Below are positions 1 to 12,969 of a DNA stretch of 64,000 bases, in pieces. Positions within the stretch are counted from its first letter, which is position 1; the number at the start of each line of letters is the position of its first letter. The translations under genes were made by a program, and so were the position numbers. The stretch lies in NCBI GenBank assembly GCA_009103225.1, contig RHPI01002491.1, forward strand, positions 105,707 to 169,706, read 5' to 3'. Below the pieces are notes generated by a model that saw only the letters and a program-made list of their open reading frames with translations, made no database searches and was not told where the DNA came from. The DNA comes from Chlorokybus atmophyticus. Lineage: Eukaryota; Plantae; Mesostigma and Chlorokybus algae.

Positions 1-1403
1 GGTTCTCTCGGCGAACGTGACCGCGTCAGGCAGCGTTGCTAGAACTACCGCTGGGAGGATGGACTCGTCTTCCGGCGTGTCCACATCCATGACAAGGAGA
101 TCCCGGCCCTGCACCGATGCGAGGGCATCATCGCTGCACTTCACACAGAGTTGGGGCACTTCGGCATCAAGCGCACTATCAGCTTGGTAAGTGCCCAGTT
201 TGGTGGCATGGCATGCACACCGAGGTTCGCACCTTTGTTGCGAACTGCACGCACTGCGACCTGGTGCGTGCCAGCCTCTACACCCGCACTAGCATGCTGC
301 ACCCACTCCATATCGCCGGCATGTTCTACCAATGGGGACTGAACATCCTTGGAGATCTAGCACCCTCAGCTCGTGGCAACAAGTACATCCTCGTCATGAT
401 CAAGCACTTTTCCAAGTGGGTTGAGCTGGTCCCCCTTTCCGACAAAAGCAGCAGAGGAACCGCTCAGGCTTTCCTCGACCATGTGCTTAGTCGTTTTGGC
501 TCATGCGCTGAAGTCATCACCAATCAGGGAGCGGAGTTCCGCGGCGAGTTCGACACCTTGCTGGATCGCACCTACATTGACCACCGGCGCATCTCACGTG
601 ACCATCCACAGGCGGATGGGCTTGCGGAACGTACTGTCCAGACCATCAAGAAGGCCTTGCGCAAGTACGTCATCGACTACGAGAAGCGCACCTGGGATGA
701 CTGCCTCCCCTGGATAGCCTTAGGCTATCGGCTGTTCAAGCTAGCTTCCTTGCGCATGTACAGCCCGTATCATCTGTTGTTTGGCAGGGAACCCTTACTC
801 CGCTTCCGCGCACAAAATGCGGTGGAACGCGTGCTGGACAACCTCGACAACCATGTGGCTATGTTGCACGACATGCAACAGCGCGCCTACCTGTTCGCAC
901 ACGTTTTCCCCATGGCCATGGGCAATCTCCGCATCGCTCAGCACCGGGATACATTGCGCTATGAACGCCTCCGCAGTGGGTTCTACAGTCAACGCAGTTG
1001 CCGCTTCAAAGCGGGCAACTATGTCTACCGCATGAACCAAACCAAGGACACCCTTGACATCGGTGTCAAGCGTATCGTCTACAAGGTCTTAAAGGTACTC
1101 CCCTCCGGAGTGCTAGAGTCACTCGGCAACAACGGCGAGCGCCTCAAGGACAGCATGGAGAACTGTGCTCCATGTCACATGCCACACGTTGCAGGCTTCG
1201 ACATCATTCAGCACCCTCGACCCAGTCGCAGCAAGCGTTGCGAGAAGTTCGGCAGTGCCGACGACGACGGACTCATGATGTTGTGCGACGGCTGCAACAA
1301 CGGTATGCACTGCTACTGCCTCGACCTGACAAAGGACATTGTGCCTCTGGAGGCATATTGGTGTGAGGACTGCCATGTCCGTGGTCCTCCTCATTCCCGA
1401 TGA
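1..1403 (+). mobile_element. 3' end of a Ty3/Gypsy pol (HHCC zinc domain, DDE integrase, C-terminal PHD finger); degenerate (stop near base 40, frameshift near 200); runs off the left edge
   Basis: Frame 1 reads ...LHTELGHFGIKRT, then shifts to WWHGMHTEVRTFVANCTHC. The integrase core reads KHFSKWVELVPL...NQGAEF...HPQADGLAER. The PHD-like tail is RCEKFG...LCDGCNNGMHCYCL...YWCEDC. It is colinear with the integrase-PHD end of the 45342-51491 ORF and is followed by GGGGGGGTGG at 1441-1450. Confidence 0.9.
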
Positions 1404-2018
1404 AGATTGCTCACTGGAGTAGGGACTTCTCCACTTCACCGGGGGGGTGGCTTGTTGACTTGCTCTTATGAGCATTATCGGCCACGCATTTTCATCACTC
1501 AGGGCGCACAGCACAACATTGTACCACATGTCGTCAACCTCACATGTGTTTCCCCCACAAGTAGGTACAGGCAAGGGGGTATTCTTTGACTTCCATACTG
1601 TACAGCTACACGACCAACAGTCCACAAGGCTGGCCTCATCCCCATCATGGCAATACGGTTGGGAGCGACCTGGAGACGCACATGTCCCTGCCAGGCCCGA
1701 CACTACAGCTAGGGGTCTCCGCTAGCGTTAATGTTGAGGCGGGGAGAGCCAGTGACATGTACATAGCGGCAAGACAGTTTGCATTGCAGTAATTAAGCCA
1801 ATCCTGCATGCAATACACAATGTGAATGCATAGCATAATGCAGCTAGCACACAAGTGGCAATGCACCACTCCCCTCTCAATGCAGTGCACATCTTGATAT
1901 CCATTTAAAACATGCATACGCACATACAAGCACACACAATCATCAATCTCAGTGGGGGAATGTACATTATAAGCTGGCTATGTATAGGGTGACAGAGGCT
2001 AGGGCACCACAGCTCAGG

Positions 2019-2074
2019 GGCCACAGTCACAGCTGCCTAGCACATCTTTGTGCTAGGCAGCTGTAATTGTGGCC
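2019..2074. repeat. Hairpin with a perfect 16-bp stem
   Basis: ACAGCTGCCTAGCACA (2029-2044), loop TCTT, then TGTGCTAGGCAGCTGT (2049-2064); an outer GGCCACA/TGTGGCC pair extends it. Confidence 0.85.
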
Positions 2075-2300
2075 GTTGTGCTGTCATTGTGTGCAAACTA
2101 TTGTCATGCCATTAACACTCATTGCCATGTGCACTCGACATACATGTAAGGTCACAATTGCAAGCAGCCAGTTAAGAGATATTACACTCATGCAGGTATG
2201 CGCATACGTGTAGAGGAGAAGCTGCTCTATACAACCGGCAGCCTGAAAACACAAGCAGCTTTGCACTATGTACAGTCGAGGGCTACTCTACACAAAAGAT

Positions 2301-3113
2301 GGCATGTCGCACGATCACGGGGGACAAACATCCGTTGACAATGTTGTTTCCAAATTCACAAATGAATACCATGTTACAAACATGCATGTAAGAACTCGTT
2401 GGATTGCAGCATCATCTACTCGTATGATTTTTAAAATTAACTAGCTTCTAATGGGCTACTAGCGCGCGGATAGCGCGCGGCAGCTGATCCCTCAGATCAT
2501 GCGATCGAAACCCGCGTTTTTTGTGTTTGGTAGGTTTTTTTCTCGAAGGTGTTTAATAGGTTTTTATCTCGAAAGCGCGCAAAATGCAGGGGGTGGGAGC
2601 GCTATACTGCATGCTGAGCTTGCAGCTGGCAAATGTTCCCAACACATCAAGTGCAAGACGTCGAATGATGCAACATTCAAATGACAAAAATTACTGTATA
2701 CGTAAAGGGATATATGCGCATGTAATCATCACAACACCTTCGACAAATGTATCATGCTATGCTATGAATAAGCGTAGCTGTAATTGAAAATGTGAAATTG
2801 TGCGCATTGGCGGAATGTTTACCAATGATAAATACTACATTTTATAGAAGGCCATTCAAATATGCACGCCGTAAACAACAGGCTTTATGTGGCAAAGATT
2901 TGACAAGAGCAAATGCACCATCTGAATTGCAAGAGACATCGTGCAATCGTGCCGGAGTATTTGGTGGAGTATTGATACCAACTTGCCCCTCGAGATGGCA
3001 CACACTTGATAACAAGATAATAGCAGTATTAGTTGTTGTCAAATTGCAGAGATAAGAGCATTTCACAAGCAACATCTGTCCACGGTTTGTCCCCCATGAT
3101 CGTGCGACATGTC
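2301..3113. mobile_element. MITE (about 810 bp, AT-rich interior) with ~45-bp imperfect TIRs and a 4-bp AGAT TSD
   Basis: The left end GGCATGTCGCACGATCACGGGGGACAAAC matches the reverse complement of the right end GTTTGTCCCCCATGATCGTGCGACATGTC. AGAT lies at 2297-2300 and 3114-3117. Confidence 0.8.
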
Positions 3114-3758
3114 AGATGTGAAGTGGGCTCTATACAGCAGAGCGCCAGTGCAAAGCTGAAAGTCTCCTGGCTTTTCCGAGCATAAGGGAATTTGAAGCGC
3201 AACGCCGTATGCACTTAACCTCATCGCAATATTGGCAGAAGTCGCTCGGGTTGCAGAGAGCGACAGCCCCATGCACACTCTGCTAGGATTGGACATTCAA
3301 AGAAGGCTGTGCAACGCGCATGGCACCATCGCTGCTTTGCACCACCCATCCAGACCACAGGGTGTTTTAAGGGAATCTTCCACATAGGCCTACATGCACC
3401 CAAGCTGTAATGCATCGGTAATGAGCGGCCATGTCGACAAAGAGGAGTCCAAGACTTTTTACCACTGCACTTCCAACCTATCCGCTCCATGCGCGCGCAT
3501 CCCTTCCCATTTGCAATGCGAATATGCATACAAGGCCACATTAAACACACCATCAGGAAGCCCATACAGATATACATGTATGATCGAGTGAGGGGTTCTG
3601 CCACTCTACCGCACGCATTTCATACAAAAGCTAGCCAAACCAAAGAAAGTAGGCCACAGCGCCAGTGCATGACGGAGCGATGCTGAGCGGAACAATGGCG
3701 TTTAAAGCGTGTATGCTCACACAACCAACACCGATGAATCCAACAAGGCTTGCCAATC

Positions 3759-5972
3759 GACAGTCCTCGACTGCCGGCTGACAGTCGAGGACTGTCGGTT
3801 TACAAGCTGTGAAACATACATGTGCAGAGCACATCTGCGTGCACGCGTACTCACACACCCGCATGTTGTCTCAGCAGGTATTGACTACAACTTGCATGAC
3901 AACAATCTCAAACAACCGGTGCACTGGAAAGTGCTCATGAAGCTTGGTGTACATATTGGAAAGGTAGCATGGATCATGACGTGTGATTGACATTGCATAT
4001 CAAGCGCACGTGTTGTTGTTGTTGCTGCTGTAGCTACAGCTGTGGTTCCAAACAGCTAAACTCTGAGTGGATTTGGTAGCTTGCAAGCTCAATTGCCTTC
4101 TTCTTTCCCCACAAGGAGGAAGCGTGGCTCAGGGTGCCACTACACCACACGGTGCAGATCAGGTCGGCTGCAATTGCAGCTGAGGTTGGCATGCCTACAG
4201 TTCAAGCTCTCAGAAGTGATGCTTCGGCTTCCGGGAGACGCAAGCATAGACATCCTGAGAGAGACACCAAGGCACGGTCATGACTTGCTGGGGGATGGGG
4301 CGGCTGTTGCAGAGTGGAGCAGCACCCTCCGCTGCTTGAACTAGCGAATAGCGGTTGTAAGCACATGCCTGTGCATGACCGCCTCACCTCAGCGCGTGGG
4401 ACACGCACTGAAGCATGGCAGGTGTGTCATCGCCAACTATTTGCGGGCTATTGGTGTGGAGTGTGGCATCACCAGCTTTTTGCTTCACACCTTCTCTCTC
4501 ACTAAGCTTTCACAGCAAATTGCGTTTGTTTGTACTGGTGGTCACTAGTACACAGCTTGTTGAAGTAAGCCTGCACCATGATCTATGTAGCAGCAGCAAA
4601 GCTGATTATTCGTTTCTCATGCTTTGGGGATGGGCGTGCACGCACGTGCATGTGCACACGTATTATGCATACCCACACACTGACTGCACCCTTCTCCTCC
4701 ACTAGCAGGCCCTTGTCGCACAAAGCATTTGACAGCCCTCAGTTGGACAGTCCCGGACTGTCCAGGGCCCCTTTCTGTCTCAAGAGCTGTTTTAATCTCA
4801 TGCGCGCGCGCTTTGACTCTCGCTTCCCACTCTCTCGTCCTCCCCGCCCCCTTCCCCCCCTTCCCCCTTCTCGCCCAGTAGTCCCCCCCAGCCCCTTCCC
4901 ACATCTCCTCAACCTCCAACATTACGGCAGCCCTTCTCTCGACAGCGCTTTTCTCGCAAAGGGCTGTCTTCCGACAGCCTCGACTGTCGACCTTATTGAG
5001 TGGGTGGGTGTCTTGCAACAGTCGTTTTTGGGCGTGTCCTGCGTAGATATGCACATGTTTGTCAGCAGTTTTAAGCTTGCATTTCAACACGCGTGCGTGT
5101 GCATGCTTGCGTACACGTGCGTGCGTGCTACACGTGTGCGCATGCGCGCACGCGCACACATGCAGCACTTGTTTGCTGCTCGTGTGCATTGCAACTCAAC
5201 TCTCATGTCAGTTGCCTTTGTTCACAGGACGGCAAGCTTGCCGGCTCAAGTTGGTCGGCTGCCTACAGAAGGCCTTGGACCTCAAGCCCTTCCCGACAGC
5301 CCTTGACTGCTGGGAGGCCAGTCCTAGACTATTTGAATTGATAGTCGAGGGCTGTCCAATAGCCCTCCAAACACCAACAATCATGATCCCCCATCAATCA
5401 GCAGGTGCGCGCAAGGCCTGTTTGCATGCATTCGCCCTGTGTCTTGCATGCATGGTTGCATACTCAGGCGCCCAAGCAAATTTGCTTTGTTTACACATAA
5501 ACATTGCCACATGTATCACAAGCATGCACGAGTGCGCGCGCACATGTGGACACACGCATGCACACGCACACAGATCATCAGTTATATTTGCCCTTACCCA
5601 GCAGCTGCGCACGCAGACCCCCCACATTCTCAACTTATTCAACTGGTGACAACTGCGCGTTGGGCCTGCAGGTTTAGAGGTCGTTGCTGCGGGCTCGCAA
5701 CGCCGTGCCCGCAGCATGGCGTGAGGCTCAATTGGAGCTCGCAGCGGCAATTAAGGTGAGGTGGGGGTGGGCATGTGCCACAAGACGTTGAACGCAAGTT
5801 GGTTGGCCGCTTGCAGCTGGCTGCCTTGGACCTCTGGCCCTGCCGACAGGCCTCAACTACTAGTTTTCAGCGGTTGAGGGCTGTCGGAATATATAACAAG
5901 GTGCGTGCAAAGGTTTGTCTACCCTCTCTGCCCTCTCTGCCTTACATGCATGCACAGGCGCATAAACAAGTG

Positions 5973-6004
<32 letters not shown>

Positions 6005-7210
6005 CTGGCGCGCACATACTGACACATACACCCACACGCACATGCTGCACAGTAACATGTGCATATGCGCACATGACCTGCAAGTTGCTCTGCACTCTGG
6101 GTCAACGATGAGCTTCAAGTTTAGGGTGTGTTAGCTTTAGTTAGTTAGTAGCCTACTTGCTAACTTCAGTAATGCAAACATGCTTGTCTTGAACGTGCAT
6201 TGTCGGATCAATGCAGTGCGGCTTGCATGCATGGTGTTTGTGTCAAAATGGAGACCAAGTCTGGTCTCCATGACCCCGCGCATGCGTGGACCAGCCTTTA
6301 TTATTGTTTGACGAGTGCAAAGGACCATGCACGGTCCATGCAATCTTACAAGCGTGAACCAGCCTTGATGTAAACTCACATTCATAGTTGCAGTCGGAGA
6401 GCCAATGCCACTTCCTTGCAGCCTGGGAATCGTGGTATGTCGCCCGCATCATCGCGAAGTTGACGCGTGCTGTTTGATTTTGGAGTATGGTAGTCGACGT
6501 TGATTGCGATTTTGTCGATGACAGTGTGTTTGTGTTGTCATCGCTCGTGATCGTTGACAAGTGTGACAAGTCGATGTAAGTGTATCGCGCAGTCGACGTT
6601 TAGTGACGGTAGTTTGCGTTAGTTTTGGACAGTCGCTGCTGCCAGTTGTTTCGGCTATGTGTTTCGAATTTCGTTTCTGGAGGGCGGCAACACGTCAATT
6701 CACGTAAACACTCGTCACAATGCGTCATCAAACGCTGACACAAAACTTTTCAAAGCCATCAACACCGTCACTGTCAACGTCACAGCCTGCCGACTGACGA
6801 CGCTGACAGCGACCCCAGAACGCCGACATGAAAACCGCCTCTCACGACCATCGACGCCGACAGCCATTGAGTCACCGTCGGCTAGCGTCGATGTGGCGCT
6901 ACTCCCAGGCTGCAAGGATACCAGGGCAAGTTGCGTTGACTCTCCGACTGGTTGGGCCCATGCATGGTCCACACGATCATCGTGTGGACCATGCATGATC
7001 GTACTTCACATGACATGATGTCATGTAAAGTACGCACCAGCCATGGTGCCTACCAAAGAACAATGGTACCATTCACGTGAAATTCGGACCATGCATGGTC
7101 CGACTGTCAATTCAAACAGACCGTGCATGGTCTGACGATTTCAGTTTGCAGGGGTAAATCCCGGTCCGAGGGTATGAACCATTCATGGTCTTGTGACGTC
7201 AAGCGGTGTG
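3759..7210. mobile_element. Degenerate CACTA-like non-autonomous copy; right terminus at 7210, left terminus not found
   Basis: 7058-7210 aligns with 11344-11494 and ends in the same ...CGGTGTG terminus. It shares the GACAGTCCTCGACTG and GGACCATGCATGGTCC motifs. The left boundary is only approximate. Confidence 0.5.
5974..6003. repeat. (CA)n microsatellite
   Basis: Uninterrupted CA run of about 15 units. Confidence 0.95.
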
Positions 7211-7368
7211 ATGCAGATGCCATGGGCTTATTACTACTTTTGTAACCTTTGTTGGGTTGGAATGATCGGACAAATTGCTTAAAGTGCATTGAGCCGGCGA
7301 GAAGTATGAGAGTCAACCAGCATGTGCTCGAGCATGAGCTTTGTTGGCTACTTGTACTTCTTCTTACT

Positions 7369-10300
7369 CACACGGCTTGACGTTCAAGGACCATGCATGG
7401 TCCTTCCACGGACCCCGCGGGCCATACATGGTCCGCGGGGTCGAGGACCACGAGTGCCTGGTCCCCTGGGGACGGACCGTCCATGGTTCTTCCGATACCT
7501 GGCGCGCAAACACGCACCATGCATGGTTCGCGGCCGGACCAGCTACGATACTGGTCCAATTTTTGGTGGATGTCCGGACCATGCATGGTCCGCGCGGCCG
7601 GACTAGGTGTACGGACCATGCATGGTCCGCGCTCTTACATGGACGGACCGTGCATGGCGCGCTCTTAGGGTCCCTCGTTTCGACTTGGTGCAGCTGTTCA
7701 AACCCTGATGTACGAACCCTGTACATGGTACAGTCTAACCTCGTTAAGTGCATATTCGATTAGTGCATATCCGCGTTTAGTGCATAAATTCGGCCATCAC
7801 CGACGTCTTCAGGGGGAAGACCTGTGCGTTAAGAGCATATGCATTTATTGATAAGTGCATACTATGAGACGCCTAACCTTTAGTGTGTCTATGCACTTAT
7901 CAAGGTAGATTACGCTTGAGTTACAGGTAAATTACGATTACAGTGTATTGAAGTTACGGTCGTACACGTTACAACGTAGCTCAGGACTAGGTTTACTCAA
8001 TAAGTGCATAGGTTATGCATTTATGCAAAGCTTACGTGCATTATATATGCATTTAAAACGGGTGCATAATTTATGCACTTAACGAGGATACATAAAGGCG
8101 ATAAGTGCATACATATGCCCGTTTCTGATGGTATGCACTTATTGAGGTTAGACTGTATGGGCTCGTACGTAATGTGCACTGTACGGGTGCAAATGTGTCA
8201 TACCCTAACGTATGAACCAAGCATGGTCCCGTATTGGTTACGGGACCATGCATGGTTCGTACATAGAACGAGTGCATGCTGACACAAGGTCAGCCCAAAC
8301 CGTACACGTCAGTGTTGATTTCATCTGCGAGTTTGACAGCTGGCAGTGCCAAAGCACTGCAGGACTGTCGTTGTGGCGGCGTATAGCGCTGGAGCGGCGG
8401 CGGCGGCGGCGGCGGACGGTGGGTGTTGCTAGCTAAAGCTAGCAATTGCTGGAGCCAAACAGTTTGCTGTCGTAGTCGTTTTGAGCGAGCAAACCAACAA
8501 CAGCAAACAGCCACACAGCAATTGTCGTATTGTGCATGCACACTGTGGCACATAGCAGTGCTGCTGCAACGGCAAAATGTAACAGCGGCAGCAGCTGCTA
8601 CCGTTTGTACGCTTTGCTCGTTGTCACTGTCGTTGTTTTCAACTTCTTTGTTGACCCGTTGCTGCTGCTGCCGTCGTCTGCATGTAGCATGTTGTTGTAG
8701 AGTTTGCTGTTGTGTTTACGACTGCTGCTGTTTCTATTGCACAACAGACAACCTTGCTGTCGTGCTACAAAAGCAGTAGTGACCATGTGAAGCCGCAGCG
8801 ACAGCCGCAGCAGCTACAGCCATCGCAGCAGGTACAGCCGCAGTCGCAAGCCTCGACTGTCAATTGGCCCCAACCGACAGTCCTCGACTGTCAGCCAATT
8901 TTGGAGGGTTGGCTGACAGTCGAGGACTGTCGGTTTCAAGGCAATTAACACACATGTCAAGCACACTTGCATGCATGCATACTCATACACATGTGCACGC
9001 AAGCATATGCAAATGTTGTATACACCAGTCCTCGACTATCAGCCGGTTGGCTGATACCCTCCCAGGTTGGCCGACACCCTCCAAGGTTGGCCGACAGTCG
9101 AGCCAACCATATAGGGTTAGCTGACAGTCGAGGACTGTCGGTTTCAAGGCAGTCAAACCCACATGTCAAGCACACATGCATGCACGCATACTCATACACA
9201 TGTGCACGCAAGCATACGCAGTTGCTGTGTACACCAGTGTTGACACATGGTTGTTACAACAGTTGACAATGTTGATAAAACGAATATGTGTTTTGGGGCT
9301 TCAGCAGCTGATAGACACCACCACATGCTGCCTATGCATAGCTTGATGCCTTGGCTGTCCTGCACAGTCTCCTACTTGGTGCTGCTAACTTACATGGTTT
9401 CAAACCACCAATTGCAGGCTGCAGCGAGTGGCGACAGGAGCGAATGTGAAGCGGAGCAGCTGTGAATAAGACTTCAACAACTTGGACCGCTTGCCATTCC
9501 TGCAAGTTGCAGGTGAGCATTGATTTGTGTTATGTGTGCGCGCAAGTGTACGCATATGTGTGGCACAAGCACGCCTGTGTGTTTCACACACCATGTCTAT
9601 GTTAGTGAAGACACATGAGCATACACGCTTATGCTCAAGACCGTGCACAGGCGCACAAAGGTGCAGCGCACACAATGACGCATGTATACGCGTGTGCAGG
9701 CCTCAAGCTGTTGAGCCATGGTGTAGCGTTCAAGCGGACATGAGGAGTGGGCGTCTTGCTGTGCAAATGAGTTGTTTTGCTCTCTCCCCCCCCCCCCCCC
9801 NNNNNNNNNNNNNNNNNNNNNNNNNNNNNNNNNNNNNNNNNNNNNNNNNNNNNNNNNNNNNNNNNNNNNNNNNNNNNNNNNNNNNNNNNNNNNNNNNNNN
9901 NNNNNNNNNNNNNNNNNNNNNNNNNNNNNNTTTTGACACGCGCACGTGCGCACATGCATACACACATTGACACGGCCACACACACCTAGACATGCACGCA
10001 GGCGCAGGCGCACATAACTTAATGCAAAGGTGATACACACCATGTGTGTGCCACGCGCGTGCAAGTGCTGCATGAATCAAGATTTCATCAAGGGTGCACG
10101 CATGCGTACACGCACACAACAATAGTCGCACATACTGACACATACATGCACAGGGTTCGTACCTATGTGACAGCCCTGTTGACTGCCTCGACTGTTGAGT
10201 CTCGACAGTCGGATTGACTGTCAAGTTACCACCCGACATGCGCGCAAGCCCTGCACGTGAGTAAGTGTACAATCGGTGCATGTCTTGCAACAATCATATG

Positions 10301-11494
10301 CATGTGTATGTGTTAACAAGCAAGTGCATACCTTTATCAACAGTCTTGCATGTCAACACGCGTGCGTGCACGTGTGCGCGCGCACACACAGCAGGGTTGG
10401 CTGCTTGCATTGCAACCCACCCAACTCTGATGCCAGCTGCTTCTGTGTTTCACAGGACCTCTTGAAAGCCCTGTCTGACAACCCTCGATTGCTGACCCTG
10501 GACTGTCCGTTTAACAATCAAGGGCTATGTGACAGCCCTCGATTGTCAACAATCACCGTCAGTCCCACCATTCAGCAAGGTGCGTGCAAGGCCTGTCTCG
10601 TATGCATAGCCACTGATACAGATGCACAAACGAACACATATAGTGCCATGTATACAAATCGGGCATACACTTACACTCACACACACTTGTGTGCGCACAC
10701 GCGCACGCACGCATTGCAAAAGGAAAAGTCCGACTGTTCCTCACGGCATGCACGTGCGCGTGCACTTACAAGTAACTGGCAGTTGTGACAAGCACAAGCG
10801 TGCTTGTCACAACTGCCAGTAATTTGTAAGCTTGTGCGCATGCACATTGCATACACTCACACTCACACATACGAGCGTGCGCACGCGCGCACAGTCGCAC
10901 GTGCATTCTCACACACGCTCATGCGCACTTGTCATGTGCAGGCTCTGCGTGAAAGCTTGCAGTTTGTTAGAGACAGAGGTTTACTAGGCTAGGTAGGTCA
11001 GCTACTCAGCTATGACAGAGCTTTGTGAAGTGTGGTGGATGATTGTGAATGTAATATGTACATTCTGACTGCTAGTCTGCTTGTTGCATGCAAGATATGC
11101 AATCTTTGTTGCCACAGATCGGACCGGAATTGGTCTGAAACACCCCATTATGATTTGCATTTGCTTACAAGAATGGACCAAGCTTGGTCCATGTTAACAT
11201 GTAGAATTCGGACCATATATGGTCCACACACACTCACTTATGCATGGACCAACCTTGGTTCGTTTCTGCATGATAAAGTCGGACCATACATGGTCCACAA
11301 ATCTCATGCATACTGGCCACCATGCCTGGTGCATCCCAAGGGACAATAGTACCATTCACGTTAAATTCGGACCATGCATGGTCCGACTGTCGATAAAAAG
11401 CAGACCGTGCATGGTCCACCGATTTCGCTTAGCAGGGGAAAATCTTGGTCCTGCGTCACGGACCATTCATGGTCCTTGAACGTCAGTCGGTGTG
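7369..11494. mobile_element. Non-autonomous CACTA/EnSpm-type DNA transposon (4.1 kb including an assembly gap)
   Basis: 24-bp TIRs: CACACGGCTTGACGTTCAAGGACC versus the reverse complement of GGTCCTTGAACGTCAGTCGGTGTG (21/24 match). The 3-bp ACT TSD lies at 7366-7368 and 11495-11497. Both subterminal regions are packed with GGACC-N6-GGTCC palindromes. CAC termini, a 3-bp TSD and subterminal repeats are CACTA hallmarks. Confidence 0.8.
9801..9930. other. Assembly gap (130 N) after a poly-C run
   Basis: Run of N in the sequence. Confidence 1.
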
Positions 11495-12969
11495 ACTTAC
11501 TTTCTTAGATTAAGGATGCTCGTCACCTGCTTCCTCTATTGAAGTGCGTAAGTTGACATGGCTGGATATTGGGCTAAGGCGAGTAGCCACATCAATAACT
11601 ACTCAGCTATAGAAAATACAGGCATTAAACTTATGCACTCACTTGAAGTCATTGATAAAAAGTTACAATATACTACAAAGTATTAGTAGCTTGAAATGAA
11701 CATAAGCATATGCTTTGCTTAAGCCCTTCACGACCCTCATCCGTGCTACACCTTCAGGTATAGTATGAAGCATTGCTTGCTACCGGTTGGGGTCTACCTG
11801 TCCTTGCACATAGCTACACATAGCATCAAGCCCCTTGCTAACCTAGTTGTGCTATGGTGGTTAGAGTCATTGAGTTTTGTCAGTGCTTGCTTGTTAGTAT
11901 CTGCGATGTGAGGTGTACGGGGTGCTGTATCACATGTGCTCCAAGCGTGTTTGCATGCGCGCTTGATAAGTAGATATGTACCTTCACATGCACAGCAGCC
12001 ATTCACCATAGCTATCAGCACAATCAAGTCACCACTGTCAGGCTACATGCTTTGTTAACCAAGAAAATCTATCAGCCCACATGCATACCCCCTTAGCAAC
12101 AGCCAGGTAAACCTGCCACATCGCCATCTTTGCGTTAGAGCTCGACGCCAACCACGGCAACAACAACCAACGACCGACGGACTCCTCCTCGCCACCGCTC
12201 CGCTCACCCTCTACCATCGACAACTGCCGCCTTCGTCAATTGCAGGCGTACTTGCCATCAGCGGTAGTGTGTGAGTTTCGGTTTCATCAACTACGCCACG
12301 TGCACGTTGTCATGTCATGCACTACCTCGACAAAAATGGTCTCGTGTCTACTTAAATGTACAAACAATGCGCAAGAGAATGGGACATGCTCAATGGCATA
12401 CTTAGCAAGCATCGACATGGCGCACACTACATACACTGCGAGGTTTCACCGATCTGCGTCTACTGATACTCTAGGCCGCTAAATTTTAGCCTATCCGTGC
12501 CCATACCGCTGCACTATCATTGTTGCAAGGTGTATTGACACGTTTGGTGACATGCTGCTGATGTGCTCAGTCAGCAACTTTCATGTTGTAGGTGTAATGG
12601 CGCCAGTGTCTCAACATTGCCTCGTCAGTAGAGCTGCCCAAGCTCATCAAGAAGCTGGTGCCGACATGCGGACAATGTGCGGTCTAAGGGTCAACTGCGG
12701 TAGTAATCAGTCATTATTGATCGTCTTCACCAAACAGCCAGCCTGTGGCACGTTGGACTAGACTGCGCACTCAATCTAAAGTTCTTTTCGTGTACAACTG
12801 CGTGGCAGTGCATGACCGTACTGAGCTAGCAGCTTGCTGGCCGCCTTAACCGCTCCGCCATCACATACAAAACCTTACATGGCATGCATACTGTGGTGAA
12901 CATGCTGCTTGAGCCGCCATTTTGTCAGTCCAAACTTTCATTGTAGATGCGAGGGGTCTCCATGCAGCT

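Noticed and set aside
2019-2090. Helitron 3' end
   Set aside because: The hairpin is present but is not followed by CTRR at the expected distance on either strand.
4081-6134. Long ORFs such as 4578-5306, 4617-5189 and 5059-5649
   Set aside because: They are products of CA/TG/CG-rich low-complexity sequence (HTHT/CVCV peptides) with no recognisable domain.
7369-7740. CRISPR array
   Set aside because: The repeats are only 16 bp, irregularly spaced and degenerate, lie within a TIR/TSD-bounded eukaryotic transposon, and there are no cas genes.
9527-10293. ORFs spanning the N run
   Set aside because: They are artefacts of translating an assembly gap.
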